64,000 nucleotides of DNA from Bacteroidales bacterium (lineage in GTDB: Bacteria > Bacteroidota > Bacteroidia > Bacteroidales > VadinHA17). Below, one piece after another: positions 17,928-28,301 of this stretch (the first letter of the stretch is position 1; each line of letters begins with the position of its first letter). The stretch spans positions 81,098 to 145,097 of the forward strand of contig JAVEVC010000002.1 in assembly GCA_034005245.1 (NCBI GenBank), read 5' to 3'. Both the position numbers and the translations under genes were made by a program. The notes under the pieces were generated by a model. The model made no database searches. It saw only the letters and a program-made list of their open reading frames with translations, and had not been told where the DNA came from.

Positions 17928-20108
17928 ATGCAGGGAGATTCGACAATTCACGAGTATTTAAAAAAATATTTTGGTTTCGATACATTTAAAGGTACTCAGG
18001 AACCGATTATAACAAACGTACTTTCAGGACGCGATACATTTGTTTTAATGCCCACCGGTGGGGGAAAATCGCTTTGCTACCAGCTTCCGGCAGTTATGAA
18101 GCCGGGAACGGCAATAGTTATTTCACCCCTTATAGCATTGATGAAAAATCAGGTTGATGCCATGAGGAATTTCAGCACCGAGGATGAGGTAGCCCATTTT
18201 CTTAATTCCTCCCTTACGAAAGCTGAAAGCACAAGAGTTAAGAATGACGTTCTGGCAGGCAGGACCAAATTGCTGTACGTTGCACCTGAGTCGCTTACAA
18301 AAGAAGAAAACATTGATTTCCTGAAAAATGTAAGCATATCATTCTATGCTATAGATGAAGCACACTGTATATCTGAATGGGGTCATGATTTCAGGCCGGA
18401 ATACCGACGAATCCGGCCCATAATTGACTCTATCGGCAGGTCGCCCATTATTGCGCTTACAGCAACGGCAACCCCTAAGGTTCAGCATGATATCCAAAAA
18501 AATCTCGGCATACTTGAAGCTGAAATATTTAAATCGTCATTCAACAGGCCTAACCTGTATTATGAAGTCAAATCCAAGCAGGATGTCACCAAGGAAATAA
18601 TCAAGTACATAAAGAACAATCCTGGGAAATCGGGGATCATCTACTGCCTCAGCCGGAAAAAAGTGGAGGAGCTTTCTGAAGCGCTTAAGGTAAACGGTAT
18701 TAAAGCCCTTCCATATCATGCAGGGATGGACTCCGCAACCCGCACCGCCAACCAGGATAAGTTCCTGATGGAAGAAGCAGATATCATTGTGGCAACAATT
18801 GCTTTCGGAATGGGTATCGATAAACCCGATGTACGATTTGTCATTCATTATGACATTCCCAAAAGCCTTGAAGGCTATTACCAGGAAACAGGACGGGCAG
18901 GCCGCGACGGGGGAGAAGGCAACTGCATTGCTTATTACAGCTACAATGACATCGTCAAACTTGAGAAATTCATGCAGGGAAAACCAATAGCAGAACAGGA
19001 AATTGGCAAACAACTCCTTCTTGAAACGGTCTCATATGCAGAATCATCTGTTTGCAGGAGAAAGCTTCTGCTTCATTATTTTGGGGAAGAGTACCCAAAG
19101 GATAACTGTGAAGCATGCGATAACTGCCTACATCCGAAAGCTCAGTTTGAAGGCAGCGAGTCAGTAGTGAATGTTCTTGAAACCATTCTCGCTGTTAAGG
19201 AGAAATTCAAGGCAGATCACATCGCTAATATCCTTTCCGGGAAAATGACTGCAGCTATAAAATCTTACCGTCATCATAAGCTGGAGTTTTTTGGAATAGG
19301 TGAGGACAAAGATGAAAAGTTCTGGAATATGGTTATAAGACAGGCGCTTATAGCAAAGCTCCTGACCAAGGATATTGAAAATTACGGGCTTCTGAAGGTT
19401 ACAGAAAAAGGGATGGAATTCATTGAGGAGCCTTCATCATTCATGCTGGCCGAAGATCATGATTATGCCGAGTCATCCGATGAGGAAAATGCTTTCGGAG
19501 CACGAACTGCCGCGGTGGATGAAGAGTTGTTCAGCATCCTTAAGGACCTCCGGAAAAAAATATCAAAACAGAAAAACGTACCGCCGTTTGTCATCTTTCA
19601 GGACCCTTCACTTGAGGATATGGCAATACAATATCCCATCACCCTTGATGAACTGCAGAATATTTCCGGAGTGGGAGCCGGGAAAGCCCAGAGGTACGGG
19701 ACAGAATTCGTAAATATCATCAGGAAATACGTAGAAGAAAAGGAAATCATCAGGCCTCTCGACATGGTTGTCAAATCAGTCGTCAATAAATCAGGGTTGA
19801 AGGTGTATATAATTCAGAGCATTGACATGAAAAGGCCTCTTGAGGACATCGCCGAAACCAAAGGCCTTGAAATGGAGGAGCTTCTTTCAGAGGTAGAAGC
19901 AATTGTGAATGCTGGTACCCGAATAAACCTCGATTATTACATCAATATGTGTATAGACGATGAACGCCAGCACGATATATATTCATATTTCAGGGAAGAG
20001 GCTGAGTCTGATTCGCTGGAAGAGGCCATCAATGAACTGGGCAGTGAATTTGAGGAAGAGGAGATAAGGCTGATGAGGATAAAGTTCCTCTCGGAAATGG
20101 GCAACTAA
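17928..20108 (+). CDS. recQ: ATP-dependent DNA helicase RecQ
   Basis: FGFDTFKGTQEPII, Walker A MPTGGGKS and the DEAH box (AIDEAHCISEWGHDFRP). It also has the zinc-binding RecQ-Ct cysteines (CRRKLLLHYFGE...CEACDNC) and an HRDC region. The protein is 726 aa. Confidence 0.95.
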   Translation: MQGDSTIHEYLKKYFGFDTFKGTQEPIITNVLSGRDTFVLMPTGGGKSLCYQLPAVMKPGTAIVISPLIALMKNQVDAMRNFSTEDEVAHFLNSSLTKAESTRVKNDVLAGRTKLLYVAPESLTKEENIDFLKNVSISFYAIDEAHCISEWGHDFRPEYRRIRPIIDSIGRSPIIALTATATPKVQHDIQKNLGILEAEIFKSSFNRPNLYYEVKSKQDVTKEIIKYIKNNPGKSGIIYCLSRKKVEELSEALKVNGIKALPYHAGMDSATRTANQDKFLMEEADIIVATIAFGMGIDKPDVRFVIHYDIPKSLEGYYQETGRAGRDGGEGNCIAYYSYNDIVKLEKFMQGKPIAEQEIGKQLLLETVSYAESSVCRRKLLLHYFGEEYPKDNCEACDNCLHPKAQFEGSESVVNVLETILAVKEKFKADHIANILSGKMTAAIKSYRHHKLEFFGIGEDKDEKFWNMVIRQALIAKLLTKDIENYGLLKVTEKGMEFIEEPSSFMLAEDHDYAESSDEENAFGARTAAVDEELFSILKDLRKKISKQKNVPPFVIFQDPSLEDMAIQYPITLDELQNISGVGAGKAQRYGTEFVNIIRKYVEEKEIIRPLDMVVKSVVNKSGLKVYIIQSIDMKRPLEDIAETKGLEMEELLSEVEAIVNAGTRINLDYYINMCIDDERQHDIYSYFREEAESDSLEEAINELGSEFEEEEIRLMRIKFLSEMGN

Positions 20109-21193
20109 CCTTCTGGTTTTTTCCAGCCTCCTGCAGCAAGCAAAACCACTGAAAGGACATAGAACGGATATATAATCTGCGAAGGCAGAAACCATTTCAT
20201 TAGCGGTGCTCTTCCATACCGCCTTGTTGTGTTCCTAAGAATAAGAAAATCAGGCACAGATTTTATCAGGAATACCAGTAGAAATATTACAGCATATTTG
20301 AAACTGACAAAAGCCAGGATAAAAGTGCCGGCCTGAACAGCTGTCATGGCAAATGTTGCTGTTGCAAGGATAATGGTACATAAATCTCTGTATGCACTGC
20401 TTTTAGATATCCATCTTTTCCTTTGCATGAGGAATGTCCGTAAGGTATTTGCCGGGGAAGTAATGACCAGAGCTTTCATTGACTCAAGCCATCTTATTTC
20501 TGCATTTTTATCCTTCTTGATGCTGTGAAGCAGGAATATATCATCGCCGGAGTCAATTTCAGGGTGAAGGTTTGCTGCATGAAGTTCATAAGCCTTCCTG
20601 GTAAAAGCCATGTTGGCACCGTTGCACATAGTGCTCATTCCTGCAGTAGCAGTACCGGCTGTTATGCCCTGCAGGCTGAGGAACTCCAGTTCCTGGAATT
20701 TTCCCGCAAATCCCTTTCCTGGTTCAATGGCGACCGGGCATATTATCAAATCGGGTTTATATTTGTCGTAGAATTGCGCTATTGAACTGATCCAATGTGG
20801 TCCTGCCCTGCAGTCGCCATCTGTTGTTATTATCAGCTCGCCTGAAGCCCTGGTTATTCCGGTCATTATTGCTTCCTTCTTGCCCCAGCCCCTGTTTCTT
20901 ATTGTTGTAAGGTTCTTAATTCCGGAATATTCCGAAGCAGTCCTGAATGTTTCATCAGTTGAATTGTCATCAACGATTATTACTTCGAACCTGTCAGGGT
21001 GATAACTTTGATCAGCAATATCAGTGAGAAGGTTCCGGATATTACCTTCTTCATTATGGCAAGCAACTAAAACCGAAACAAATATTCCGGGTAATTCTGA
21101 GGATTCAAAGGATTTGATTCTGTGAAGGTGTTTGTAAATCACCAGCATCAGAAAGCAATACAGAGTTGACAGCAGTATGGGGAACCAGTACAT
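20105..21193 (-). CDS. family 2 glycosyltransferase, membrane-anchored
   Basis: There is an N-terminal TM helix, then VSVLVACHNEE...VIIVDDNSTDET (GT-A DxD region), QRKRW, and C-terminal TM helices. Confidence 0.8.
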   Translation of the reverse strand: MYWFPILLSTLYCFLMLVIYKHLHRIKSFESSELPGIFVSVLVACHNEEGNIRNLLTDIADQSYHPDRFEVIIVDDNSTDETFRTASEYSGIKNLTTIRNRGWGKKEAIMTGITRASGELIITTDGDCRAGPHWISSIAQFYDKYKPDLIICPVAIEPGKGFAGKFQELEFLSLQGITAGTATAGMSTMCNGANMAFTRKAYELHAANLHPEIDSGDDIFLLHSIKKDKNAEIRWLESMKALVITSPANTLRTFLMQRKRWISKSSAYRDLCTIILATATFAMTAVQAGTFILAFVSFKYAVIFLLVFLIKSVPDFLILRNTTRRYGRAPLMKWFLPSQIIYPFYVLSVVLLAAGGWKKPEG

Positions 21194-21196
21194 TTA

Positions 21197-21646
21197 TCAG
21201 TCTTTGAGCCATTCATATAATTTATAATGCTCACTTGTCATTCCCAGTGATTCATATGTTTTGCAGGCATTAAGGTTATTGGATTCAACGTAAAGACGCA
21301 GTCCTGCAATGCCTTTCTTGTCAGCCTCGTTTCTGATATGCCTGTACATTGAGCTGAATATCCCCCTGCGGCGGTGTGAAGTTCTGACATAAACCGACTG
21401 AAACCACCAGATGTAGGTATTTCTCCAGTCGCTCCATTCGTAAGTTATGAGGAGTGAAGCCACCACTTTGCCCTCATCTTCTGCAACATAATACTGTCCT
21501 TTTGATGAGTCGATAAAGACAGCGTTTACCCCGCTGGCAACAATAACATGATCGAGCCTTATACGCTCGGTTTCCCACGCCATTTCATGCTGAAATACTG
21601 CAATATCAGTGGCATCATCAGGTTGGGCTTTTCTAATGGTGATCAT
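21197..21646 (-). CDS. GNAT-family N-acetyltransferase
   Basis: The protein is 149 aa with an acetyl-CoA binding motif region (VRTSHRRRGIFSSM). Confidence 0.8.
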   Translation of the reverse strand: MITIRKAQPDDATDIAVFQHEMAWETERIRLDHVIVASGVNAVFIDSSKGQYYVAEDEGKVVASLLITYEWSDWRNTYIWWFQSVYVRTSHRRRGIFSSMYRHIRNEADKKGIAGLRLYVESNNLNACKTYESLGMTSEHYKLYEWLKD

Positions 21647-21676
21647 TTTGTGTGTTAAATTAAACAGGTAACATTA

Positions 21677-24600
21677 TCAGTATTCATCCCAGCTTCTTAC
21701 AGCCAGATCATCTTCACCGAGCCTGCAGAATGCCAGGATAAATGCACTGGCAAGCCTTGCATTTGTAAGAAGCGGCACATTATAGTCAACAGCGCTTCTC
21801 CTTATCATATAGTCGTTGTTAAGCTCTGATGCACTCAGGTCCTTTGGTATGTTGACCACGAGATCAACCTCCCTGTTCATTATTAAGTCTATGGTATTAG
21901 GCGACCTGTTCTCATCGGGCCAGTATGCGATGTGTGACTCAATGCCTGCATTCTCAAGGAATATTTGTGTTCCCCTTGTTGCGTAGAGTTTATGACCTTT
22001 CTCCCTGAGGGCTCTTGCGCTGTTCAGAAGTTCAACTTTTGAGCGGGCAGGACCTGTTGAGAGGAGGATGCTCTTTTCCGGAACACGGTACCCAACTGAA
22101 AACATGGCCTTTAGTATGGCTTCGTAAAAGCCTTCGCCTATGCACCCAACCTCGCCTGTTGAAGACATGTCTACTCCAAGTACCGGATCGGCTTTAGCAA
22201 GCCTTGAAAAGCTGAACTGGGGCGCTTTAACTCCGACATAGTCAAGATCAAAAGCCGATTTATTCGGTTTTTCAGCTGGTATACCCAGCATTACTTTGGT
22301 TGCCAGCTCAATAAGGTTTATTTTCAGGACTTTTGAAACGAACGGCATGCTTCGGCTGGCCCTTAGATTGCATTCTATAACCTTTATATCGTTGTCTTTT
22401 GCAAGGAACTGAATATTAAAAGGTCCTGAAATATCAAGCTCTCTTGCTATCCTTCTTGATATTCGCTTTATTCTTCTGGCTGTTTCAAAATATATTTTCT
22501 GTGCAGGGAAAACAATTGTGGCATCACCTGAATGCACGCCGGCAAATTCAACATGTTCGCTTATAGCGTACGCAATGATCTCTCCTTTTCTTGCCACCGC
22601 GTCAAGTTCTATCTCCTTTGCGTTCTCAATGAATTCAGTAACAACCACAGGATGCTGTTTTGAAACGCGGGCGGCAATATCGAGGTAGTGTGAAAGCTCA
22701 TTTCTGTTTGATACAACACTCATTGCCGCACCTGAAAGGACATAGGAAGGCCTGATGAGAACCGGAAACCCGATCCGGTCAACAAATTCAAAGATGTCTT
22801 CAACCGAAGCCAGCTCTTTCCAACGTGGCTGATCAACAGAAAGTTCATCACACATCTGGGAAAATTTATGCCTGTTTTCAGCCCTGTCTATTGAAAGGGG
22901 TGATGTCCCCACTACCGGTACCTTCTCGTTATAGAGGCGCATAGCCAGGTTATTGGGGATCTGTCCGCCTACCGAGACAATTACTCCCCTAGGAGATTCC
23001 AGATCAATAATATCAAGGACCCTTTCAAAAGTCAGTTCATCAAAATATAGCCTGTCGCAGATATCATAATCTGTACTTACCGTCTCGGGATTGTAATTTA
23101 TCATCACGGATCTAAAACCCTCTCTTTTCAGTGCGTTGACCGCATTGACGGAACACCAGTCAAATTCAACACTTGAACCGATTCGATAAGCGCCTGATCC
23201 GAGAACAATCACGGACTTTTTGTCGTTGTCAAATGCTATATCGTGTTCTGATGCGCTGTATGTAAGGTACAGGTAGTTGGTGCTGGCCGGATATTCAGCT
23301 GCAAGAGTATCGATTTGTTTTACATACGGGACAATTCCTGTTGCTTGTCTGTATTTCCTGACCATCAGCAGATCTTTGTCTATATCATCAGGAGCTGATT
23401 TAAGAACATGCCGGGCTATCTGGAAATCACTGAATCCGTATATTTTGGCTTGCTTTAGCAGATCCTGGGGCACTGATTCGATTTCATCAAATCCGCCGAG
23501 CTCATGACTGATGTCAATTATATTCTTAAGCTTGTAAATGAACCATTTATCAATCCTTGTAAGTTCGTGTATTCTTTCGACCGGCATCTTTTTTTCAAGA
23601 GCTTCAGCTATTGAGAAAATGCGCATGTCGGTAGGTTCCGAGAGCTCTCTTTCCATGTCAGTAAAACTGAGATTGCGGTTACCGGTAAAGCCGTGCATCC
23701 CTGATCCGATCATCCGGAGACCTTTCTGGATGGCTTCTTCAAAAGTTCTGCCAATGGCCATAACTTCTCCGACACTTTTCATGCTGCTTCCTATATGATG
23801 CGACACGCCTTCGAACTTATTAAGATCCCAGCGCGGTATCTTGCATACGATATAATCGAGTGCAGGTTCAAAAAAGGCGGTTGTGGTCTTTGTCACGGAG
23901 TTCTTCAGTTCATGCAATCCGTAACCGACCCCAAGCTTTGCAGCCACAAATGCAAGCGGATAGCCAGTAGCTTTTGAAGCAAGGGCACTTGAACGCGAGA
24001 GGCGCGCATTGACTTCAATGACCCTGTATTCCTCGGAATCCGGCGACAAAGCATACTGAACATTGCACTCACCGACAATACCTATATGCCGTACAATCTT
24101 TATGGATAACTCCCTGAGCTTATGATATTCGCTGTTTGTAAGGGTCTGGGATGGGGCAACAACTATGCTTTCTCCTGTGTGTATACCAAGGGGATCGAAA
24201 TTTTCCATGTTGCATACTGTGATGCAATTGTCATATTTATCCCTTACCACTTCATATTCAACTTCTTTCCATCCTTTCAATGATTCTTCAACAAGAATCT
24301 GGTCAGAATAGGAGAATGCTCTTGATGCAAGAGCACCAAGATGTTCCACGTCTGATGCAAAACCGCTTCCCTGGCCTCCCAGGGCATATGCCGCCCTTAT
24401 GATTACCGGGAACCCAAGCTTTTCCGATGCTTTCAGCGCTTCGTCAGTGGTTGAGACAGCAAAGCTTTTTGGTGTGCTGATATTTATTTCCTCAAGCTTC
24501 TTTACAAAAAGTTCACGGTCTTCAGTATCTATTATCGCTCTGACGGGTGTTCCGAGAACCTTAATATTATATTTTTCAAAAACACCTGAGTGGAATAGCT

Positions 24601-24895
24601 GGGTTCCGCAGTTTAAAGCTGTCTGGCCTCCGAATGAAAGAAAAATACCGTCAGGAAGTTCCTTCGCAATTACTTTCTCAACAAAATAAGGGGTTACCGG
24701 GAGAAAATATATCTTATCAGCCAGTTCCTCCGATGTCTGAACTGTGGCAATGTTAGGATTCAGCAGGATAGTGCTTATTCCTTCTTCCTTCAGGGCTTTC
24801 AAAGCCTGCGAACCTGAATAGTCAAACTCGCCGGCTTCCCCAATTTTCAGGGCACCTGATCCAAGGATCAGGACTTTTCTGATATTCATCTTCAT
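21677..24895 (-). CDS. carB: carbamoyl-phosphate synthase large subunit
   Basis: The protein is 1072 aa with duplicated ATP-grasp halves (KVLILGSGALKIGEAGEFDYSGSQA... and VIVLGSGAYRIGSSVEFDWC...) and a C-terminal MGS-like domain. Confidence 0.95.
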   Translation of the reverse strand: MKMNIRKVLILGSGALKIGEAGEFDYSGSQALKALKEEGISTILLNPNIATVQTSEELADKIYFLPVTPYFVEKVIAKELPDGIFLSFGGQTALNCGTQLFHSGVFEKYNIKVLGTPVRAIIDTEDRELFVKKLEEINISTPKSFAVSTTDEALKASEKLGFPVIIRAAYALGGQGSGFASDVEHLGALASRAFSYSDQILVEESLKGWKEVEYEVVRDKYDNCITVCNMENFDPLGIHTGESIVVAPSQTLTNSEYHKLRELSIKIVRHIGIVGECNVQYALSPDSEEYRVIEVNARLSRSSALASKATGYPLAFVAAKLGVGYGLHELKNSVTKTTTAFFEPALDYIVCKIPRWDLNKFEGVSHHIGSSMKSVGEVMAIGRTFEEAIQKGLRMIGSGMHGFTGNRNLSFTDMERELSEPTDMRIFSIAEALEKKMPVERIHELTRIDKWFIYKLKNIIDISHELGGFDEIESVPQDLLKQAKIYGFSDFQIARHVLKSAPDDIDKDLLMVRKYRQATGIVPYVKQIDTLAAEYPASTNYLYLTYSASEHDIAFDNDKKSVIVLGSGAYRIGSSVEFDWCSVNAVNALKREGFRSVMINYNPETVSTDYDICDRLYFDELTFERVLDIIDLESPRGVIVSVGGQIPNNLAMRLYNEKVPVVGTSPLSIDRAENRHKFSQMCDELSVDQPRWKELASVEDIFEFVDRIGFPVLIRPSYVLSGAAMSVVSNRNELSHYLDIAARVSKQHPVVVTEFIENAKEIELDAVARKGEIIAYAISEHVEFAGVHSGDATIVFPAQKIYFETARRIKRISRRIARELDISGPFNIQFLAKDNDIKVIECNLRASRSMPFVSKVLKINLIELATKVMLGIPAEKPNKSAFDLDYVGVKAPQFSFSRLAKADPVLGVDMSSTGEVGCIGEGFYEAILKAMFSVGYRVPEKSILLSTGPARSKVELLNSARALREKGHKLYATRGTQIFLENAGIESHIAYWPDENRSPNTIDLIMNREVDLVVNIPKDLSASELNNDYMIRRSAVDYNVPLLTNARLASAFILAFCRLGEDDLAVRSWDEY

Positions 24896-24912
24896 TGGAG
24901 GTGATTAATGCT

Positions 24913-24920
24913 CAAAAATA
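24913..24920 (-). promoter_or_regulatory. candidate -7 promoter box (TATTTTTG on the minus strand) for carB
   Basis: Plus-strand CAAAAATA is the reverse complement of TAnnTTTG, 18 nt upstream of the carB ATG (24895). Confidence 0.35.
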
Positions 24921-24955
24921 AATAAATTTTCAGAAGTGCTATGGCATTACAAAAA

Positions 24956-24994
24956 AATGCATATATTTGCATCGAAAATGAATAATAATGCAAA
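24956..24994. promoter_or_regulatory. tandem ARG boxes (ArgR operator)
   Basis: AATGCATATATTTGCATC (24956-24973) and AATGAATAATAATGCAAA (24977-24994) share AATGnATAnnnnTGCA. Their starts are 21 bp apart with a 3-bp spacer. They match the E. coli ARG-box consensus TNTGAATWWWWATTCANW at 13/18 and 16/18 positions. They overlap the argR -7 box and the argR ATG. Confidence 0.55.
24962..24969 (+). promoter_or_regulatory. candidate -7 promoter box (TATATTTG) for argR-argG-argH
   Basis: Exact TAnnTTTG match, 19 nt upstream of the argR ATG and embedded in ARG box 1. Confidence 0.4.
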
Positions 24995-25464
24995 AATCAA
25001 AAAGGCTTCTGGCGATTGAAAAGATCATTTCTGAAGAGAAGGTATCCACGCAGGCAGCATTGATAAAAAAGTTAAAAGCAAAAGGCATCTTGTGCACGCA
25101 GGCAACTTTGTCACGTAATCTGAGGCAGTTGGGGGTAAGCAGGGTACCTGACGGTTCAGGCGGGTACCGCTATTCACTTTCGGAAACCTCGAAAATGGAC
25201 GAAAAGCCTGACGTAAAGATGAATATCCTTCCTGTCATCCGCGATGTTATTGAAGCAAAGGGTCTGGTTATTATTCACACCATTCCCGGAAATGCAAATT
25301 CCACGGCGTATCACATTGATGCTGCAGGACGCTATGAAATAGCCGCAACACTTGCAGGTGACGATACGATCCTGGTGATACCGCGTGATGGTATATCAAT
25401 AAGGCAGGTTCATGACTGTCTGGAGCTTATCTATCCTGGCCTGCGCAGGATGGCCATGAAATGA
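24988..25464 (+). CDS. argR: arginine repressor ArgR
   Basis: The protein is 158 aa with an N-terminal winged-helix (QAALIKKLKAKGILCTQATLSRNLRQLGV) and a C-terminal oligomerisation/arginine-binding domain (AGDDTILVI). Confidence 0.9.
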   Translation: MQKSKRLLAIEKIISEEKVSTQAALIKKLKAKGILCTQATLSRNLRQLGVSRVPDGSGGYRYSLSETSKMDEKPDVKMNILPVIRDVIEAKGLVIIHTIPGNANSTAYHIDAAGRYEIAATLAGDDTILVIPRDGISIRQVHDCLELIYPGLRRMAMK

Positions 25465-25561
25465 ACAGTAAGGACGGGAAGATTGGATATAAAAAGAAGT
25501 AAAAAAGCATTGATAAGAACAGTTGAATTAAAACAAAAATATTTTAAAGCAAATAATTGAT

Positions 25562-26800
25562 ATGAAAGAAAAGGTAGTTTTGGCATACAGCGGAGGACTG
25601 GATACTTCAGTGATCCTAAAATGGCTTATCGAAAAAGATTATGATGTTATTGCATTTGTGGCAGATGTAGGTCAGTCCGAAGATTTTGAAGAATGCAGGA
25701 AGAAAGCTTTGCTTCTAGGTGCAAGTAAGGTCATAATATCTGACCTGAAAAAAGAATTTGTTGATAATTATGTCATCAAGGCAATCATGGGAAATGCTGT
25801 ATATGAAGACAGGTATCTTCTTGGAACAGCGCTTGCCAGACCACTGATTGCAATGAAGCAGATTGAAACGGCTGTTGCAGAGAATGCAGGTGCGGTAGCT
25901 CATGGTGCAACAGGCAAGGGAAACGATCAGGTAAGGTTCGAATTGTGCTATTATGCTCTTAAGCCCGACATTAAAGTCATCTCGCCCTGGAAGGATAAAG
26001 AATTTCTGAGCACCTTCAAGGGAAGAACCGATCTTCTGCGGTATGCATCCGAAAAGAAAATTCCAGTAAAAGCCAGCATAAACAAACCTTATAGTGAAGA
26101 TGATAACCTTATGCACATAAGCCATGAAGCAGGCATTCTTGAAGATCCCATGTATTCAATGCAGAAAAGCATGCTGGCAAAAATGGTCATGCCCCAGGAT
26201 GCACCGGATTCTGAAACTCGCTTAGTGATTCATTTCAGGAACGGGAGGCCGGTGAAGCTGATAAACAAGGACGACGGTACTGTAAAAGAGGATTCGTATG
26301 AAATGTTTATCTATCTCAATGAAATTGCCGGAAAAAACGGAATTGGTTTGCTTGATATGGTTGAAAACCGTTTTGTGGGAATCAAATCAAGAGGCGTATA
26401 TGAAACTCCCGCGGCAACTGTTCTTAATATAGCCCACAGGGATATTGAAGGCATTGCAATGGACAGAGAGGTGATGAGGCTCAGGAACATGCTCACTCCC
26501 AAATTCTCGGAACTTATTTATTATGGATTCTGGTTCAGTCCTGAAATGGATTTTCTTATGGCAGCAATTGAAAAAAGCCAGGAGCTTATTGACGGAAGCG
26601 TTCATCTCTGCCTCTATAAGGGGAATGTTATCATTGAAGGCCGTGAATCTCCTTCGTCATTGTATAATAAGGAGCTTTCAAGTATGGATATTGAGGGTGG
26701 ATTTGATCAGACTGACAGCCGGGGATTCATAAGGATAAATGCCATCCGGCTTATGGCTCACAGGGCAATTGTTGAGGCAAGCAAAAAGAAACAGGGCTGA
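25562..26800 (+). CDS. argG: argininosuccinate synthase
   Basis: It has [13 protein letters not shown] (the ATP pyrophosphatase P-loop), [13 protein letters not shown] and [16 protein letters not shown]. Confidence 0.95.
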   Translation: MKEKVVLAYSGGLDTSVILKWLIEKDYDVIAFVADVGQSEDFEECRKKALLLGASKVIISDLKKEFVDNYVIKAIMGNAVYEDRYLLGTALARPLIAMKQIETAVAENAGAVAHGATGKGNDQVRFELCYYALKPDIKVISPWKDKEFLSTFKGRTDLLRYASEKKIPVKASINKPYSEDDNLMHISHEAGILEDPMYSMQKSMLAKMVMPQDAPDSETRLVIHFRNGRPVKLINKDDGTVKEDSYEMFIYLNEIAGKNGIGLLDMVENRFVGIKSRGVYETPAATVLNIAHRDIEGIAMDREVMRLRNMLTPKFSELIYYGFWFSPEMDFLMAAIEKSQELIDGSVHLCLYKGNVIIEGRESPSSLYNKELSSMDIEGGFDQTDSRGFIRINAIRLMAHRAIVEASKKKQG

Positions 26801-26852
26801 AAATATTCTTATGATTGGAACAGCTGAATATTAATACTTACAAGCACCTGAA

Positions 26853-28190
26853 ATGAAACTTTGGGATAAGGGGATAGCTCCTGAGAATTCGGTTATTGAA
26901 TTTACTTCGGGAAAGGACAGGGAAACAGATCTTGCCCTGGCTAAATGGGATATAGTAGCCTCTATGGCTCATGTAATTATGCTAAGGGAATCAGGCCTTA
27001 TATCGGATGATGAGAAAAGAGAACTGCTGAATACCCTGAATTCGCTTTTTTACAGGGAACGGGAAGGACAGTTTGTCATAGAGGAGGATATTGAAGATGT
27101 ACATTCACAGCTTGAGAAGGAAATGACATCAATACTTGGCCCGGCGGGCAAGAAAATTCACACTGGCAGATCGAGGAATGACCAGGTACTTGTCGACATA
27201 AGGCTTTATAACAGAGAGCGTATTGACAAGCTTGCTCATATGATGAAAAAATTATTCTGCCAGCTGCAGTCATTGAGTGAAAAGCACAAAGAGGTGTTGC
27301 TTCCTGGTTACACCCACATGCAGCCGGCAATGGTCTCTTCTTTTGGTATGTGGTTTGGTGCATATTCTGAATGCATAGCTGATGACATGATGATACTTGC
27401 AGCGGCAAGGACTATAAATAACAGGAATCCGCTTGGTACAGCTGCCGGATACGGCACCACGCTGCCGTTGAAGAGAAGAATAACCGCAGAGTTGCTAGAG
27501 TTTGATGACCTGTTGTACAATTCTGCCTATGCCGGACTTAGCAGGGGAAAGGTCGAGATGGCAATTGTTGCAGCGCTGTCGGCTTTTTCCCAGACTTTGT
27601 CGCGTTTTTCCATGGATATATGCCTTTTTATGAGTGCAGAATGCAGATTCATCGATTTTCCCGATGAATATGTAACCGGTTCAAGCATTATGCCACAAAA
27701 GAGAAATCCGGATGTATTTGAACTTATAAGAGGGAAAACCAACCTGCTGCAAACCCTGCCTCAGCAGGTTCTGATGCTTACATCAAATCTCCCTTCAGGG
27801 TATAACCGCGATTTACAGCTTCTCAAGCAGTTGGTTGCAGATGCATTTTCAAATATTGAGGAATGCATCAGCATACTTTACATAATGCTTGATAATATAA
27901 AGGTCAAAAAGAACATAACAAGCAATCCATTGTATAACAATATTTTCAGTACGGAAGAAGTAAACCGCCTTGTAAAGGAAGGCATACCCTTCAGGGATGC
28001 ATATAAAGCGGTTTCTGAAATGATTAAGTCAGGATCATTTTCCAAGACTACATTGGCAGATTATACGCATGAAGGAAGTATTGGGAACCTATGCAACAAT
28101 GAGATCGCAATGATCTTTGAAGGAAGGATGAAATTCTTTAAAAGCAGTTCCGCCGGAGAGCTTGCAGAAAAGATGATGAAGCATGTCTAG
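26853..28190 (+). CDS. argH: argininosuccinate lyase
   Basis: It contains HTGRSRNDQV, GYTHMQPA and the fumarate-lyase signature GSSIMPQKRNPD. Confidence 0.95.
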   Translation: MKLWDKGIAPENSVIEFTSGKDRETDLALAKWDIVASMAHVIMLRESGLISDDEKRELLNTLNSLFYREREGQFVIEEDIEDVHSQLEKEMTSILGPAGKKIHTGRSRNDQVLVDIRLYNRERIDKLAHMMKKLFCQLQSLSEKHKEVLLPGYTHMQPAMVSSFGMWFGAYSECIADDMMILAAARTINNRNPLGTAAGYGTTLPLKRRITAELLEFDDLLYNSAYAGLSRGKVEMAIVAALSAFSQTLSRFSMDICLFMSAECRFIDFPDEYVTGSSIMPQKRNPDVFELIRGKTNLLQTLPQQVLMLTSNLPSGYNRDLQLLKQLVADAFSNIEECISILYIMLDNIKVKKNITSNPLYNNIFSTEEVNRLVKEGIPFRDAYKAVSEMIKSGSFSKTTLADYTHEGSIGNLCNNEIAMIFEGRMKFFKSSSAGELAEKMMKHV

Positions 28191-28301
28191 TTTGCCAGGT
28201 CAGGATAAAGCCTGATCACAAAATTTGAGAATCGCTTGATTACCGGATATTCATTCTTTTTGACTGAGTCGTGGTCAGTCAGGGCTAATTAATGGGAAAT
28301 A

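Noticed and set aside
28191-28301. Hairpins in the convergent argH/carA spacer, TCAGG-ATAAAG-CCTGA (around 28200-28215) and TGACTGA-GTCGTGG-TCAGTCA (28261-28281), considered as a bidirectional terminator.
   Set aside because: Neither stem is followed by a T-tract on either strand. The only T-run precedes the second hairpin on the plus strand. This is too weak to annotate as a terminator.
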